DNA of 63,105 nucleotides, counting the filler, from Folioceros fuciformis (taxonomy: Eukaryota): NCBI GenBank assembly GCA_049999805.1. It is 26 parts of 26 records of this genome, joined end to end, with 100 filler letters (N's around TTAATTAATTAA, not from the genome) between each part and the next. Parts side by side here need not be neighbours in the genome. Positions count along the whole stretch, not along the records: positions 30,599 to 35,936 come from JBNGIO010000015.1; positions 36,037 to 42,036 come from JBNGIO010000016.1; positions 42,137 to 43,159 come from JBNGIO010000017.1; positions 43,260 to 44,293 come from JBNGIO010000018.1; positions 44,394 to 45,425 come from JBNGIO010000019.1; positions 45,526 to 50,821 come from JBNGIO010000020.1; 20 more parts are not named here. One strand, 5' to 3'. How positions within the stretch are numbered: position 1 is the first letter of the stretch; each line of letters starts with the position of its first letter. Shown one piece after another: positions 35,709-46,708 of this stretch. The notes beneath the pieces are model-generated. The model was not told where the DNA came from. It was given only the letters and a program-made list of their open reading frames with translations, and made no database searches. The position numbers and the translations under genes were made by a program.

Positions 35709-36131
35709 TGTCACTAACCCATGCTTGCTGCCATCGACATTCTCCAGAGAGAATTCTCCAGATGCATTTGTGACAGCAGCGCAACCGAGATAGCAACGCT
35801 CAGGCTGACGAAGTGAAGACGCCGTGCAAGCCTGCCACCAGAGAAGTGGCCATGGCTTCGAACCAGATCTAAAATGCAGACACAACGCAGCGTGACTGGA
35901 AAAATTCACCAAGGGATGGAGAAAATCCCAGCGCCGNNNNNNNNNNNNNNNNNNNNNNNNNNNNNNNNNNNNNNNNNNNNTTAATTAATTAANNNNNNNN
36001 NNNNNNNNNNNNNNNNNNNNNNNNNNNNNNNNNNNNCTCTCTCGCCCTCCGGCTCTCACCTCCCGCTACATGCGAACTTAACATGGTATCAGAGCCATCT
36101 TGGTTCTGATGATTCCTCATCGTCGCTAAGA

Positions 36132-36689
36132 ATGCCTCGGCGAGGCGGTTCCGCCAACAAGGGGCGCGGATCACATTTCTACAAGTGCGACAACTCGCCC
36201 CGCTTTCCTAAGACGGTTCCGGCTGAAATCAACGCCTTGGCGTATTATCTTGCTGGTGGAGCAGGCTCCCACAGCCCATTCTGGTCCCGCGATCGGGAAC
36301 GGGCTGAATTGCTTCGGCAATTCTACAGACAGGACCGAAGCCCTGGCGACCACAAATCGGAGCGGCGGCAGCGACAATTCTACCCCCACCCTGCATTGAA
36401 TTCCTTCCGCGACCTGCCCAGGGAGGTGCGCCCAGGATATTCATTACATGCCAGCGGCGGGGTTCCTGTACGCGCTCCCCACGGCCAATTCAACGACCAC
36501 TTCGAGGAGACCTCCACCACCTCAGAATCCGTCCACGTTAGAACTCTTATCAGTGAAATGACGAACCTAATGGACGGATTGACGATGAAGATCAAGGAAT
36601 TGGCTGATTACCTGCTTCGATTTGAGATCTCTGCACCCAGTATCTCGCAGGCATCAGCTCTTCCTGACCACACACATTCCGCTGCCTGA
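36132..36689 (+). CDS. E2 5' accessory ORF0, 185 aa, homologue of 53..682
   Basis: ATG 48 nt after PBS start; 39/63 identical N-terminal residues with E1 ORF0; same SAA-TGA end. Confidence 0.8.
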   Translation: MPRRGGSANKGRGSHFYKCDNSPRFPKTVPAEINALAYYLAGGAGSHSPFWSRDRERAELLRQFYRQDRSPGDHKSERRQRQFYPHPALNSFRDLPREVRPGYSLHASGGVPVRAPHGQFNDHFEETSTTSESVHVRTLISEMTNLMDGLTMKIKELADYLLRFEISAPSISQASALPDHTHSAA

Positions 36690-36878
36690 GAGCTGCGAGG
36701 CGCGAAGCGCCGCGTTTGCCCTCGCGACTTTTCGGCTTGTGGAGACAGCTGCCTGAGCGGCATGTCCACGTTGCCGAAGGTGTGAGAGCGAGGCCAGAAA
36801 CGCCGCGCAACCATAGGTACAGAGTCGCTGTCGTTTGGCGGTGCCCCATGCCAGCGGACACCTCTAACTGAAAACCCG

Positions 36879-39800
36879 TTGACTCGAAGGGGAAGGAGAG
36901 TAACAGCAGTTAGCAGAGTTGGGTCAGTCATACCTTCGTCACCCCTGCGTATGTCAGACAGCTCTGAGTCCCCTGACGTCGGCAGCGACGTTCCGGAGTC
37001 AGACCTCAACAGCAATCCTCCCCCATCGGCAATTGCTGTGGAGCGCTTGCAGTCACTCAATTCCATTGCTCTTGCTTTCTTGATAAACGGGCTTGATGAG
37101 GACCTCGTACCTACAGTGGAATTCCATACGAAAGCACACCAGGTTTGGGATCAGCTTGCAAGTACGTATCAAGTTAAAAACCTTATGTCCCTTTGTGCCG
37201 TCAGGCAGGAATTCTATACCTTGAAGATGAGAGAGGGGGAAAAGATGGCTGCACACATCACCAAATTTCGTCAGCTCCGCTCTCAGTTGCTGAGTATGGG
37301 CACGAAAATGGATGAGTTGGATGCAGCTGCTCACCTCCTCACGACGTTGCCACCTTCTTACCAAGGCTTCATCACTACACAGAACATTCCCTATTTGACT
37401 GCCTCGGCTGGCCGTACCTCCACTTATACAGTTGACATCCTTATCGGAGCCCTTTTTCAGGAGGAACAAGCCAGGAGTCATTCTTCAGGGAGCTCTCGCT
37501 CCAAGGGAGATAAGATTCTGTCAGCTCGGCACACACCTAACAAAGGCAAGAGCAAATTTCAGAAACCTGATTCAAGCCCTGCTAACCCTCCCAAAAGGAC
37601 AGGGACTTGTAACTGGTGTGGAATTGCTGGGCACTGGGCCCGTGAGTGTAAAAAGAAGAGGGCTGGCGAACCGCAGCGAACATCCAAGACTTCGGCTAGC
37701 GTTGCTAAGGAGAAATCCAGTGATACTAAGAACGTGGTCAAGATACTCACAGTTTGCTTGACTAGTTCTTGTTCGGACACAGAAAGCTGGTACCTGGATT
37801 CTGGTGCCACGGCTCACATTTGTCGAAACAAGAATCACTTCACCTCTCTGACCCCTTGTTGTGAGAATGACAAGGTGTTCCTTGGAGATGAACAGCTCGA
37901 TAGCAGTTTGCAAGTCAAAGGACAAGGCAAGGTTACTTTCCGATTGAAGGACGGTTCAGATCTTACTCTTGAACGCGTTCTGTACGTACCAGCCATGGCG
38001 AAGAATCTACTGTCCATGAGTCAGCTCCTGAAGCTGCGGACGTTTGAGATGCAAGCCACCGGTGATACGTGCACCTTCTACAGGAAGGTTGCCCCAGACA
38101 CTTGCTTTTTCAAGGGTTTCCTTGATAATGATCTGTATTGCCTTGATCTGCTGTCTGTAAGGAATGCCACCGTGCATAGCACTGGATTAGCTAACCTGGA
38201 CACCAAGCAGCTGGCTATGTTATGGCACGCAAGACTCGGACATCCCAACAAACAGAAGTTGCTGGACATGTCCGTCAAACAATGTTTTAGGGAACCCCTT
38301 CCCCGTTGTTTCAAGGACTTACCGTCCTGTGAGGCGTGCATAATAGCCAAGCAAAAGGAACACCCCTTTCCTTCCACTCCAGCATACAGAGCTACCTCTG
38401 CCTTAGGCTTGGTCCATGCGGACATCTCTGGAAGGATACAGGTGCCGTCTATAGGTGGTTCCAATTACTACCTTACCTTAACGGACGACTACAGCTGTTA
38501 CACTTGGACATTCCCTATGCAGAGGAAGAACGATGTCTTCGACATCTTCAAAGAATGGCTTCCTGCAGTACAACGCCAAACGGGTTTGCTGTTAAAGTAC
38601 CTGCGTACAGATAATGGCACCGAGTTTGTTAATGATGCCTTTGATGAATACCTAGCTGCGGAGGGGATTCAGCGGCAACTTACCGTTCCTTATACACCCC
38701 AGCAAAATGGGGTTTCTGAGAGGAAGAATCAGTCCTTGTTGGCCATGACCCGGAGCATGTTGCTCTGGTCCGGCCTCCCTCAAGCGTATTGGGCAGAAGC
38801 CATTTGTGCAGCAACATACATTCTGAACAGAATTCTTACGAGCTCTGTCCCGAATCAAACACCCTATGAGGTCTTCCATAAGAGGAAACCAAGTCTGCTG
38901 CACATGAGAGTTTTTGGTTCCCGAGCATATGCGTTTATTCCTGCGAAGAAACGCCAGAAGTTAGACCTGAGAGCTCAAGCCCTTGTTTTTGTAGGGTACA
39001 GTGAGCAGTCTAAGGCTTATCGACTGTATGACCCGACTCTCAGGAAGATGTCACTCGCACGGAGTGTCACCTTCATTGAGCCCCATTCTCCATTGCTCAC
39101 ACATGCTCCGCAGACAGAGGGAGCTTCGGACATACCTGAGGAGACAGAGGGAGGATCTACGTACCCTGTGAATGAGGGACAGGTCACTTATCAGATGTAT
39201 CCTCAGGATGCCGAACCTCAGGATGCCGAACCCCAGGATGCCGAACTCCAGGATGCTGAACCCTTGGACGCTGTCTTGCCGACACCCGATTTGGTCGCAC
39301 CTCTTCCCGCTGAACCAGACCCTCAGGATGACCCGGACCTCATCCCTTTTGACGACCCAGGTGCTCCTGTCCAAGTTGCTGCGGACTTACCAGATGCTGC
39401 TCTTTTCGACGAGCCGGATCCAGCACCCATTATGGATGAGCATCTACCGGAGGTCATTGAAACTCCACCAATCCCTCCTGCAGTAGTTGCCCGCGACACC
39501 GAGGAAGTGGTACCTCGCCGTTCTGACCGCCACCGACCACCACCTGATCAATGGGCTGAACCGCGTTACCAATCTATTGACTTCCGCCATCGGGCAGCCC
39601 CAGCTACAGCACACACTGCTCCGTCGGCCATCCCGGATGAGCCACGCACTTTGGCCGAGGCTTACAACGGACCTGACAGTAAGCAGTGGCGTGCGGCCGT
39701 CGAAGACGAGTACCAGTCTCTGATTAAAAACAAGACCTGGACTCTTGTGGACTTGCCACCCGGCCGCAAACCCATTTCATGTAAATGGGTCTTCAAACAC

Positions 39801-41231
39801 AAACTGAATGCTGAGGGCGAGATCGCCCGGTACAAGGCCCGTCTCGTGGCCCGTGGTTTTACCCAGGTGGAGGGTCTGGACTATCAGGAGACATTCTCCC
39901 CTGTCGTCCGGTCCCAATCCATACGCATGCTGTTGGCTCTGGCTGCAGAATTCGACCTTGACTTATGGCAGATGGATGTCTGCACAGCATACCTTTATGG
40001 GTCTCTGGATGAAGAACTGTACATGCAACAGCCGGAAGGTTACGTTAGTAAGCAGCACCCCAAGCAGGTTCTTAAACTTTTAAAATGCATCTACGGACTG
40101 AAGCAATCTGGTAGGGTTTGGTATTTTACCATCCACGTCTATCTGTTGGACTTGTCTTTTGTTCAAAGTGCCGCAGATACCAATGTTTACCGGCTGACTA
40201 GGGGCACAGCTTTCGTCATAGTTGCCTTGTATGTCGATGATGTCATTCTGGTCACAAACAGTAAAACTCTGTTAGATGAAGTCAAGCAAATGCTCAGCGA
40301 CAGGTTCGAAATGAAAGACATTGGTGATCTAAAGTTCTGTTTAGGGATACAGATCCTCCGAGTTCGTGAGGAGGGTCTTCTGGTTATCCACCAGCATAAA
40401 TACATTCGGGAAATCCTGCATAAGCTCAAGATGGATCAAGCCCGTCCAGCCACCACTCCTTCAGCTGTGGGCATCAAGTTAACAACTGATCAGTGCCCTA
40501 CCACTAAGGAAGCTAAGCAGGATATGGCGGATGTACCTTACAGGCATGCTGTTGGCAGTCTTTTGTTTGTGGCAAACTGGACTCGCCCAGACATACAGTA
40601 TGCAGTGAGCACCGCTTCTCAGTTTACGGAAAACCCTGGACGCCCCCACTGGTCAGCCGTAAAAAGAATCTTCCGTTACCTGCAGGGCACACACACATAT
40701 GGGTTATTCTATAAACGAAGTGGCACAGGCACATTCCATCTATCTGGCTTCACGGATGCTGACTGGGGTTCTGACAGTGACGGACGTCGCAGTTTATCTA
40801 CTTACTGTTTCTTGCTGGCCAATGCGTCTGTAAGTTGGAGCTGCAAGAAACAAACTACAATAGCACTGTCCTCATCGGAGGCTGAATACAAATCTCTTAC
40901 AGAAGCCTCCAAGGAGGCAGAGTGGGCTCGATAGTTTCTGGCCGACCTTGGTCATCCTCAACGTGCTCCCACTCCTATTCTCTGTGACAACACTGGTGCT
41001 CTTGACCTTGTGGCAAATCCCCGATATCATGCTCGTACAAAGCATATCGAAATCCAACACCACTATATTCGTGATGTATCTGCACGAGGCGTGGTGAGAG
41101 TGGGTTATGTTGATACCGAGCTGAATACTGCCGACATTTTTACTAAGCCACTACCTAAGCTCAAGCACTATACACACATGACGGGACTTGGCCTGCAGGA
41201 TTACTCTGCTCATTTTGATTTAGTGCCATGA
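36879..41231 (+). pseudogene. gag-pol: E2 Gag-Pol, apparently lacking the Gag N-terminus, with a premature TAG (40932-40934) in RNase H
   Basis: Similarity to E1 starts only at LNSIALAFLINGL; all PR, IN and RT motifs present; the frame continues after TAG through KHIEIQHH / ADIFTK to 41231. Confidence 0.92.
39201..39263 (+). repeat. 15-bp in-frame tandem repeat x4 (PQDAE) in the IN-RT linker
   Basis: CCTCAGGATGCCGAA variants. Confidence 0.9.
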
Positions 41232-41413
41232 CTCTAGCTACTGCAGCTGGATATGAACACTTATCTGGGGGGGGGGAGGGTGGGAACCTAAGTTCCCTAA
41301 TTGCTGCTCCTCTCCAGACACCGTCTTTCTGCAGCCCACTTCCACAGTCTGTCAGTGTTTTTCCTCGCCGTCAAGCTGGTGCAGGTGGATGAAGCTTCAC
41401 TTACCTGATCTAA

Positions 41414-41839
41414 TCACTCTGCTCCAGCCTCCACAGTACTCCCTTCCATCCCTCTGGTGGCCGGCACGAACTCCATTGGCAAGGGAATCTTGGCAGCCAT
41501 TTGCAGCAGTTCGCGGGCGTGCTCCGTGCTGGTGTCTTCAGGTCGCTTGAGGACTTCTTCGGCACGCCTAACTCTGGCTATGGCGACCTCCATTGACCAC
41601 TTGCCCTCCCAGCCGGCAAACCTGATCAAATGTTCCACCCTCACAGGCGTCCAGCTCTGGCCTACCCTCTTCTTCTCTTCTGGTGGCGGCGCTGCTCTCC
41701 TTGCCCTTGCTTTTTTCTCTTCTGGGGGTCTTGCACAACTGTGAAGATCCAATCCATATCTACGACCACTGCGCGTTGCCATAATCCAGCGGTGGATCCC
41801 TATGCTCAGTGTAGCTAGCGCAACGAGGAGAGCCGTCAC
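41414..41839 (-). CDS. E2 antisense accessory ORF (GTG start with hydrophobic leader; first ATG at 41782, MATRSGRRY)
   Basis: Same position as in E1 and E5; motifs MxTRSG.xY, LIRFAGWE, KIPLP. Confidence 0.65.
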   Translation of the reverse strand: MTALLVALATLSIGIHRWIMATRSGRRYGLDLHSCARPPEEKKARARRAAPPPEEKKRVGQSWTPVRVEHLIRFAGWEGKWSMEVAIARVRRAEEVLKRPEDTSTEHARELLQMAAKIPLPMEFVPATRGMEGSTVEAGAE

Positions 41840-43259
41840 CGCAAGGGTTCTCTGTCAGGGTCTTGCCCATCGTGGGCGCCTGGAGCTCGTCAGTGCCGGG
41901 CAATGGCGCTTCCTCTTCTCTACGGAACGGAACGCAGTGTTGCCCTCGCCGCCGCCGTAAGTAGTTGACGCCGTTAGGTTAAGAGGGAGTGACGAAGGGG
42001 TAACCCTACACTTGGTCAACTAACTAGCCGAGTTAGNNNNNNNNNNNNNNNNNNNNNNNNNNNNNNNNNNNNNNNNNNNNTTAATTAATTAANNNNNNNN
42101 NNNNNNNNNNNNNNNNNNNNNNNNNNNNNNNNNNNNCCTTAGGAGCGTGCAGAAGGGGGTTGGGCATAGGCATGTGGGTGGCGTGCTTAACTTGCCCTGG
42201 CCTTACCCAAGTGCGCCGGGGGCTGAGGATCTGAAGGCAGGCAGCTCATCTGGCTGGCAGGCTTGGCAAGCTATCCTGGCCTCTAGGCGAACGAATCCGA
42301 CAAGCAGCCAGGCCGGGCAGGTTGGCTCCCTGGCTGGATATGGAGGCCAGAGGTTGGCTAGCAGCCTTTGGCCAGTCGGCCTAGGCAAGCAAGCGACGGC
42401 CCAGGGGGCCAGCCAGCCAGGCCGGGGGGGAAAAGGGCTGAACGGATGTGGAGGAGCTGCAAGGGGGCACCGCACCGGGCTGGCTGCAACGGAGGCCGCA
42501 TCGGGTGGCCGACAGGTGGCTCGGCAATTGCTGGATCTGGAAGCCGGCAGGAGGCCCACAAGCAGTCGGATCCAGGCCAGGCGGCTGCAGGCTTCGGGTG
42601 ATTCGGGCTCTGGCCGATCAGCCAGTAGCTGCCAACCCAACAGATCGGGCTGCAGGCAGCCAGAAGCGGCCGGGGAAGCTGGGCAGTGTCTGGCTGCAGG
42701 TACCCAAGCAACCAGGCAGGCTGGCTATTGGCCTCCAAGCAGACGAACTCGACAGGTAGCCAAGCCGGGCAGGCTGGCTGCCTAACTGGATCCGAAGGCA
42801 GGAGGCTGGGGTGTGACCTCGAAGTGGGCAGCCTGGCTGGCGCTGACGGCTGGCTGCCTACCAGATTCGGAAGGCAGGAGGCCGGGTTGCGGCCTCTGAG
42901 GTCGAAGGATCTAGGCGGTTTGGTAGCGGCAGTGGAGCAGGCAGTGGCTGACTGATCTTGGAGCCAGGCAATTGGTGGCTGGCGGTGAGGCCAGGTGGGC
43001 TGTAGGTAGGTAGGCCGGCTTGCAGCAGCTTGTAAGCGGCCTAGCAGATGCCGGATCGCCAGGCAGCCAAGCTGCTGCCTGGCGGCTGGCAGCAGTGGCT
43101 GAGATGGCTAGCCAGCGGGATTAGGGGCAGCAGGCCTCTGGCAGCTTGGCCGGATCCGGNNNNNNNNNNNNNNNNNNNNNNNNNNNNNNNNNNNNNNNNN
43201 NNNTTAATTAATTAANNNNNNNNNNNNNNNNNNNNNNNNNNNNNNNNNNNNNNNNNNNN

Positions 43260-43741
43260 GGCATTAAGGGGGCGAGTGCCCGTTCGGACATGAAGGGGCT
43301 TGGGGAGAACCTCTTGGCAGCCGCCATGGGGTCGTAGTTGCCAAGCTGCGGGTAGGGTCTGGGCACATGGCGGGGAAGCGAGATCTCGGTGAGGATTCTG
43401 GGGTGAAAGGGCTGCGGCAGGGGAATGTGCACCACGAAATCGGGGCGACCTTCGAGGTCGGAGCCAGGCTGCTGGCCCTGGATCATTTTCTCATGCTGTT
43501 CTACCATCTTCTCTCCGTAAGGGCTGTGGGAGGCCGGAGGTGTGTTGTGACTAGCGTTGCAATGGTCGTGAGAATGGTCCGGGGGAAGGGGGCACCCCAT
43601 GTCCGTGTGAGTCGGGAACGAGGGACCCATTCCAGGAGGCACCCGTGGGGTGCCAGCCTTTCCATATTTGTTTTTCCCCTCCGAGCCAGCTGTTGTCTGA
43701 AGGGAAGCATCTTGGACGGTTTTGGATCCTGAACAGCCCAT
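43260..43741 (-). CDS. 5' part of an unknown Pro/His-rich protein with an MGCSGSK N-terminus (predicted myristoylation and S-acylation)
   Basis: Open to the contig end; canonical MGCxxS(K) motif. Confidence 0.6.
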
Positions 43742-44689
43742 GCTTGACTTGGTGTGACGATCATCACACTTTTAGTAACAGCTGCATCTTCTCTACCTAT
43801 GTACAACCACCCAATCTCCCACTCTCATGCTCTCTACCCATCATCCTACACTCCCCACACCTACACTACAGCAGCAGCAGTAGCAGGAGCAGCAGCACGT
43901 CATTCACATTCAGACTCTGGGTTTTTTGAATTTGAATTTGGCACCGCTTCAGCGAGGTTGATTATTCATTGGCGTGATTGGGAACTTGATCGAATCGCTG
44001 CTAGTCCAGCTTTGCATCTGAACCCCTTACCAACCGTGTATGCCGAAAGATGGGTTGGTAATGCCAAAAGAAATGCCATGCTTTGACCAGGAATCGGAGT
44101 AAGAAAGCTCGCCTAGAGATGAAGTGACTTTTGGGGATCCTGAACCGGACTTGTTCTTCCATTTTCCTGCTTTTCTCGCTGCTTTCCTGGGAGAATTCAT
44201 TCATGCCACCCACCCACCTGCCCCTCCCTCCCCTCTTCTTCCACCCCTCCCACCCTTCTATCTAGATATCCTAAAAATCCTCCCACACGCAATNNNNNNN
44301 NNNNNNNNNNNNNNNNNNNNNNNNNNNNNNNNNNNNNTTAATTAATTAANNNNNNNNNNNNNNNNNNNNNNNNNNNNNNNNNNNNNNNNNNNNTGGTCAG
44401 GTTCCTCAGCAGCCAGGGGGCCCCTGGCTTGCTTGTGCTACCCACTCAAATGGGCTGGGCTGGGCTGTCTAGCGTTCCGGCCAAACCCGCTTGGATCGCC
44501 TGCCGAGCGACCTGCCCCTCAGCACCCGCTGCCATCCATTACCGCTTGGATCAGCCCAAGGCCCGTCTGGCTTGGATCCAGCGCCACCTCGGGCTGCTTG
44601 CCTGACCACCTCTAGCTGCAGCCAGCCAGCGGCCGCATGGCGATCCGGCCGGGCCCGCCTACCAGGATCCGCCCAACCAGCCGCCCGTT

Positions 44690-44892
44690 CTATTCCCCCG
44701 TTACCTTACCCCGAGGAACCAGAGCCCGTGCCCTATCTACCACACAACCTACCTACTCTATCGACTCACCATAAATCTAGCTACTATTCTAGCCTAATCT
44801 CCCAACCTTTCCTCTACAACACTCACTCACAGATCCAAAAAAAAAGAAAACCTATCCTTTCCCAGGGGTCTGTTCAGCATGTGGAGTCCACA
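44690..44892. repeat. LTR terminus shared with 53236-53437
   Basis: About 200 nt near-identical, both ending ...GCATGTGGAGTCCACA; here it abuts the first 21 nt of a Copia 3' LTR. Confidence 0.8.
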
Positions 44893-45223
44893 ATAGAGCT
44901 TGATAACTCAACACTCCCCCTCAAGCTCAACATAGCATTTGTATGCCTAACATAGCTCGGAATTTCTTCAGCTTCTCCACTCCCATTGGCTTAGTAAATA
45001 TATCGGCTATTTGCTTGTTTGTGTTGACATACACAAGATCAATAGCTCCAAATAAAATCCTTTCTCGATGAAAATGATAATGTACCTCAATGTTTTTCGT
45101 CCTGGCATGAAACACAGGGTTTCGTGCCAACTGTATGCTGCTAAGATTGTCATATTAGATAACAACCTTGTCGTTGACCTGCAACCCAAAAACTCCGAGT
45201 AACTTACAAATCCAAGTCACTTC
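44893..45223 (-). pseudogene. Copia RNase H 3' fragment with PPT and start of 3' LTR
   Basis: ARNPVFHARTKNIEVHYHF...QIADIFTKP; GAGGGGGAG then TGTTGAG at 44913. Confidence 0.9.
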
Positions 45224-45616
45224 TGTGGAGGCAAAACCCCGGGCACTGATTGCCAACGGGTTCCACCTTTAGTGGCCACACTTATCCCGCTGTCGTTGAG
45301 ACATTGGGTTTCGTTCCCACAAAGGAGCGATGGGGTTCCTTGCTGTTGTGGATGGAGGGTCCGACTTGATCGACTCGCTGATGGATTCGAGGGCTTCCCT
45401 CCAGCTCCGATCAGGCGTAGGACAGNNNNNNNNNNNNNNNNNNNNNNNNNNNNNNNNNNNNNNNNNNNNTTAATTAATTAANNNNNNNNNNNNNNNNNNN
45501 NNNNNNNNNNNNNNNNNNNNNNNNNCCTCACACGCACATTCATTTTTAATCTGAACACAAGCTTTCTCTCTATGCTGCGTGCTATCGATCCTACGCTATG
45601 GTATCAGAGCAGGTCT

Positions 45617-45796
45617 ATGGATTCCGCTGCTCCTCCCGCTAGTACCTGTGAGACCTGCAAGTCAGAGTCCTGCATCAGAAGCCTGTCCCATGAACAATTT
45701 CGCGCAGCCATTGCAGCACTCAGGATTGCACTCACCCGGTTTGGGAGCATGGCGGACACATTCTTGGCGGAGGCAGTCAACCACTACTACTCCTAG
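45617..45796 (+). CDS. E4 small 5' ORF, 59 aa, with CxxC-x4-C-x5-H
   Basis: ATG 6 nt after the PBS; no second copy for validation. Confidence 0.35.
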   Translation: MDSAAPPASTCETCKSESCIRSLSHEQFRAAIAALRIALTRFGSMADTFLAEAVNHYYS

Positions 45797-46117
45797 TACT
45801 TGCGCACCTCCTGCCGAAGAGGTCTGTGTCTCATCTGATGGATTTGCGCTCTCTAGTGGGCTGTTTGCAATTTCCTGCACATTCTCACTCGACAGGTTTG
45901 ATCAGTGCGCACCCCTCAGATCTCTGAGACTCAGCCTACTGTAGAAAAGAATCTAGAGCGACAGACCGAGGTCAAGTTACACTGATATCCCAGTGTCTAA
46001 TCACACACCAGGGCACTAGCGTAGCCAACCCGGTCCGTCGCTCACACAACGGTCAGTCCGTAGATTTGCACAAAGCATGTCAAAAATTCATACTCAAAAT
46101 TCAGACTCTCTAAAACA

Positions 46118-46708
46118 ATGCCTCGCAATGGTCGCACAAAGCGCACGCTCACTCCACATAGGGAAACAGCATCTTCACTTCTCCCAGCGACGAGTTCCTG
46201 CAACAACTGTGGAAGGAGTGGACACCCGCGCCCATCTGTGAGCACATCTGCCTCTGCACCTGCCCAGACAGAGCTGGTATTGAAGGCTGTTCGGGGCCTG
46301 TTTGTTGTAGAACGCCGTCATACCCACGCAACTCTGTGCGATTTCCGTCGCATGCGCGAAGTGCAAGAAGAACACCTCCGCTGCAAGATTGACAACATCA
46401 ATCGCAGGTGCAGACAACTCTCAAAGGACTTGAACACACTCTTCTCACAGGTCGCACACCTGGAGAGAGCGTCAAAACAACAAGACTCAAAGTCAGCACC
46501 AAGCCGAAATTTGCCAACTTACTCTCCGAATTCGTCAGAGAGAGTATCTGAAGGAAGAACTAAGGACGATATCATTTCTGAAGTGGCTGCAGCGCTAACA
46601 CGCATGTCACTCGAGGCCAAATCCGGGAAGATGGTGCTAGAGCATGTCGGCACCTTGGGATTCCAGCCCAGCGGGACGTCCTCCTCGCAGGATTCCTGCC
46701 AGATCTGA
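46118..46708 (+). CDS. E4 5' accessory ORF, 196 aa (CNNCGRSGH motif, predicted coiled coil)
   Basis: ATG-initiated, upstream of and overlapping the gag frame; heptad-like LRCKIDNINRRCRQLSKDLNTLFSQVAHLE. Confidence 0.5.
   Translation: MPRNGRTKRTLTPHRETASSLLPATSSCNNCGRSGHPRPSVSTSASAPAQTELVLKAVRGLFVVERRHTHATLCDFRRMREVQEEHLRCKIDNINRRCRQLSKDLNTLFSQVAHLERASKQQDSKSAPSRNLPTYSPNSSERVSEGRTKDDIISEVAAALTRMSLEAKSGKMVLEHVGTLGFQPSGTSSSQDSCQI

Larger units (their letters stand above)
30599..35936 (-). mobile_element. Ty1/Copia element E3 (5' end truncated by contig; 3' LTR begins at 30645)
   Basis: PPT GAGTGGGAG (30654-30646) then TGTTAG; Copia gag-pol. Confidence 0.95.
36037..42036 (+). mobile_element. 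Ty1/Copia element E2, same family as E1
   Basis: LTR end CA then PBS at 36084-36096; PPT AAGAGGGAG at 41981-41989; 3' LTR TG at 41990. Confidence 0.96.

Noticed and set aside
42137-43159. Several long GC-rich ORFs
   Set aside because: Low-complexity GGCTGGC-rich repeat DNA resembling the reverse complement of 44394-44690 and 52416-53100; open frames are expected from composition
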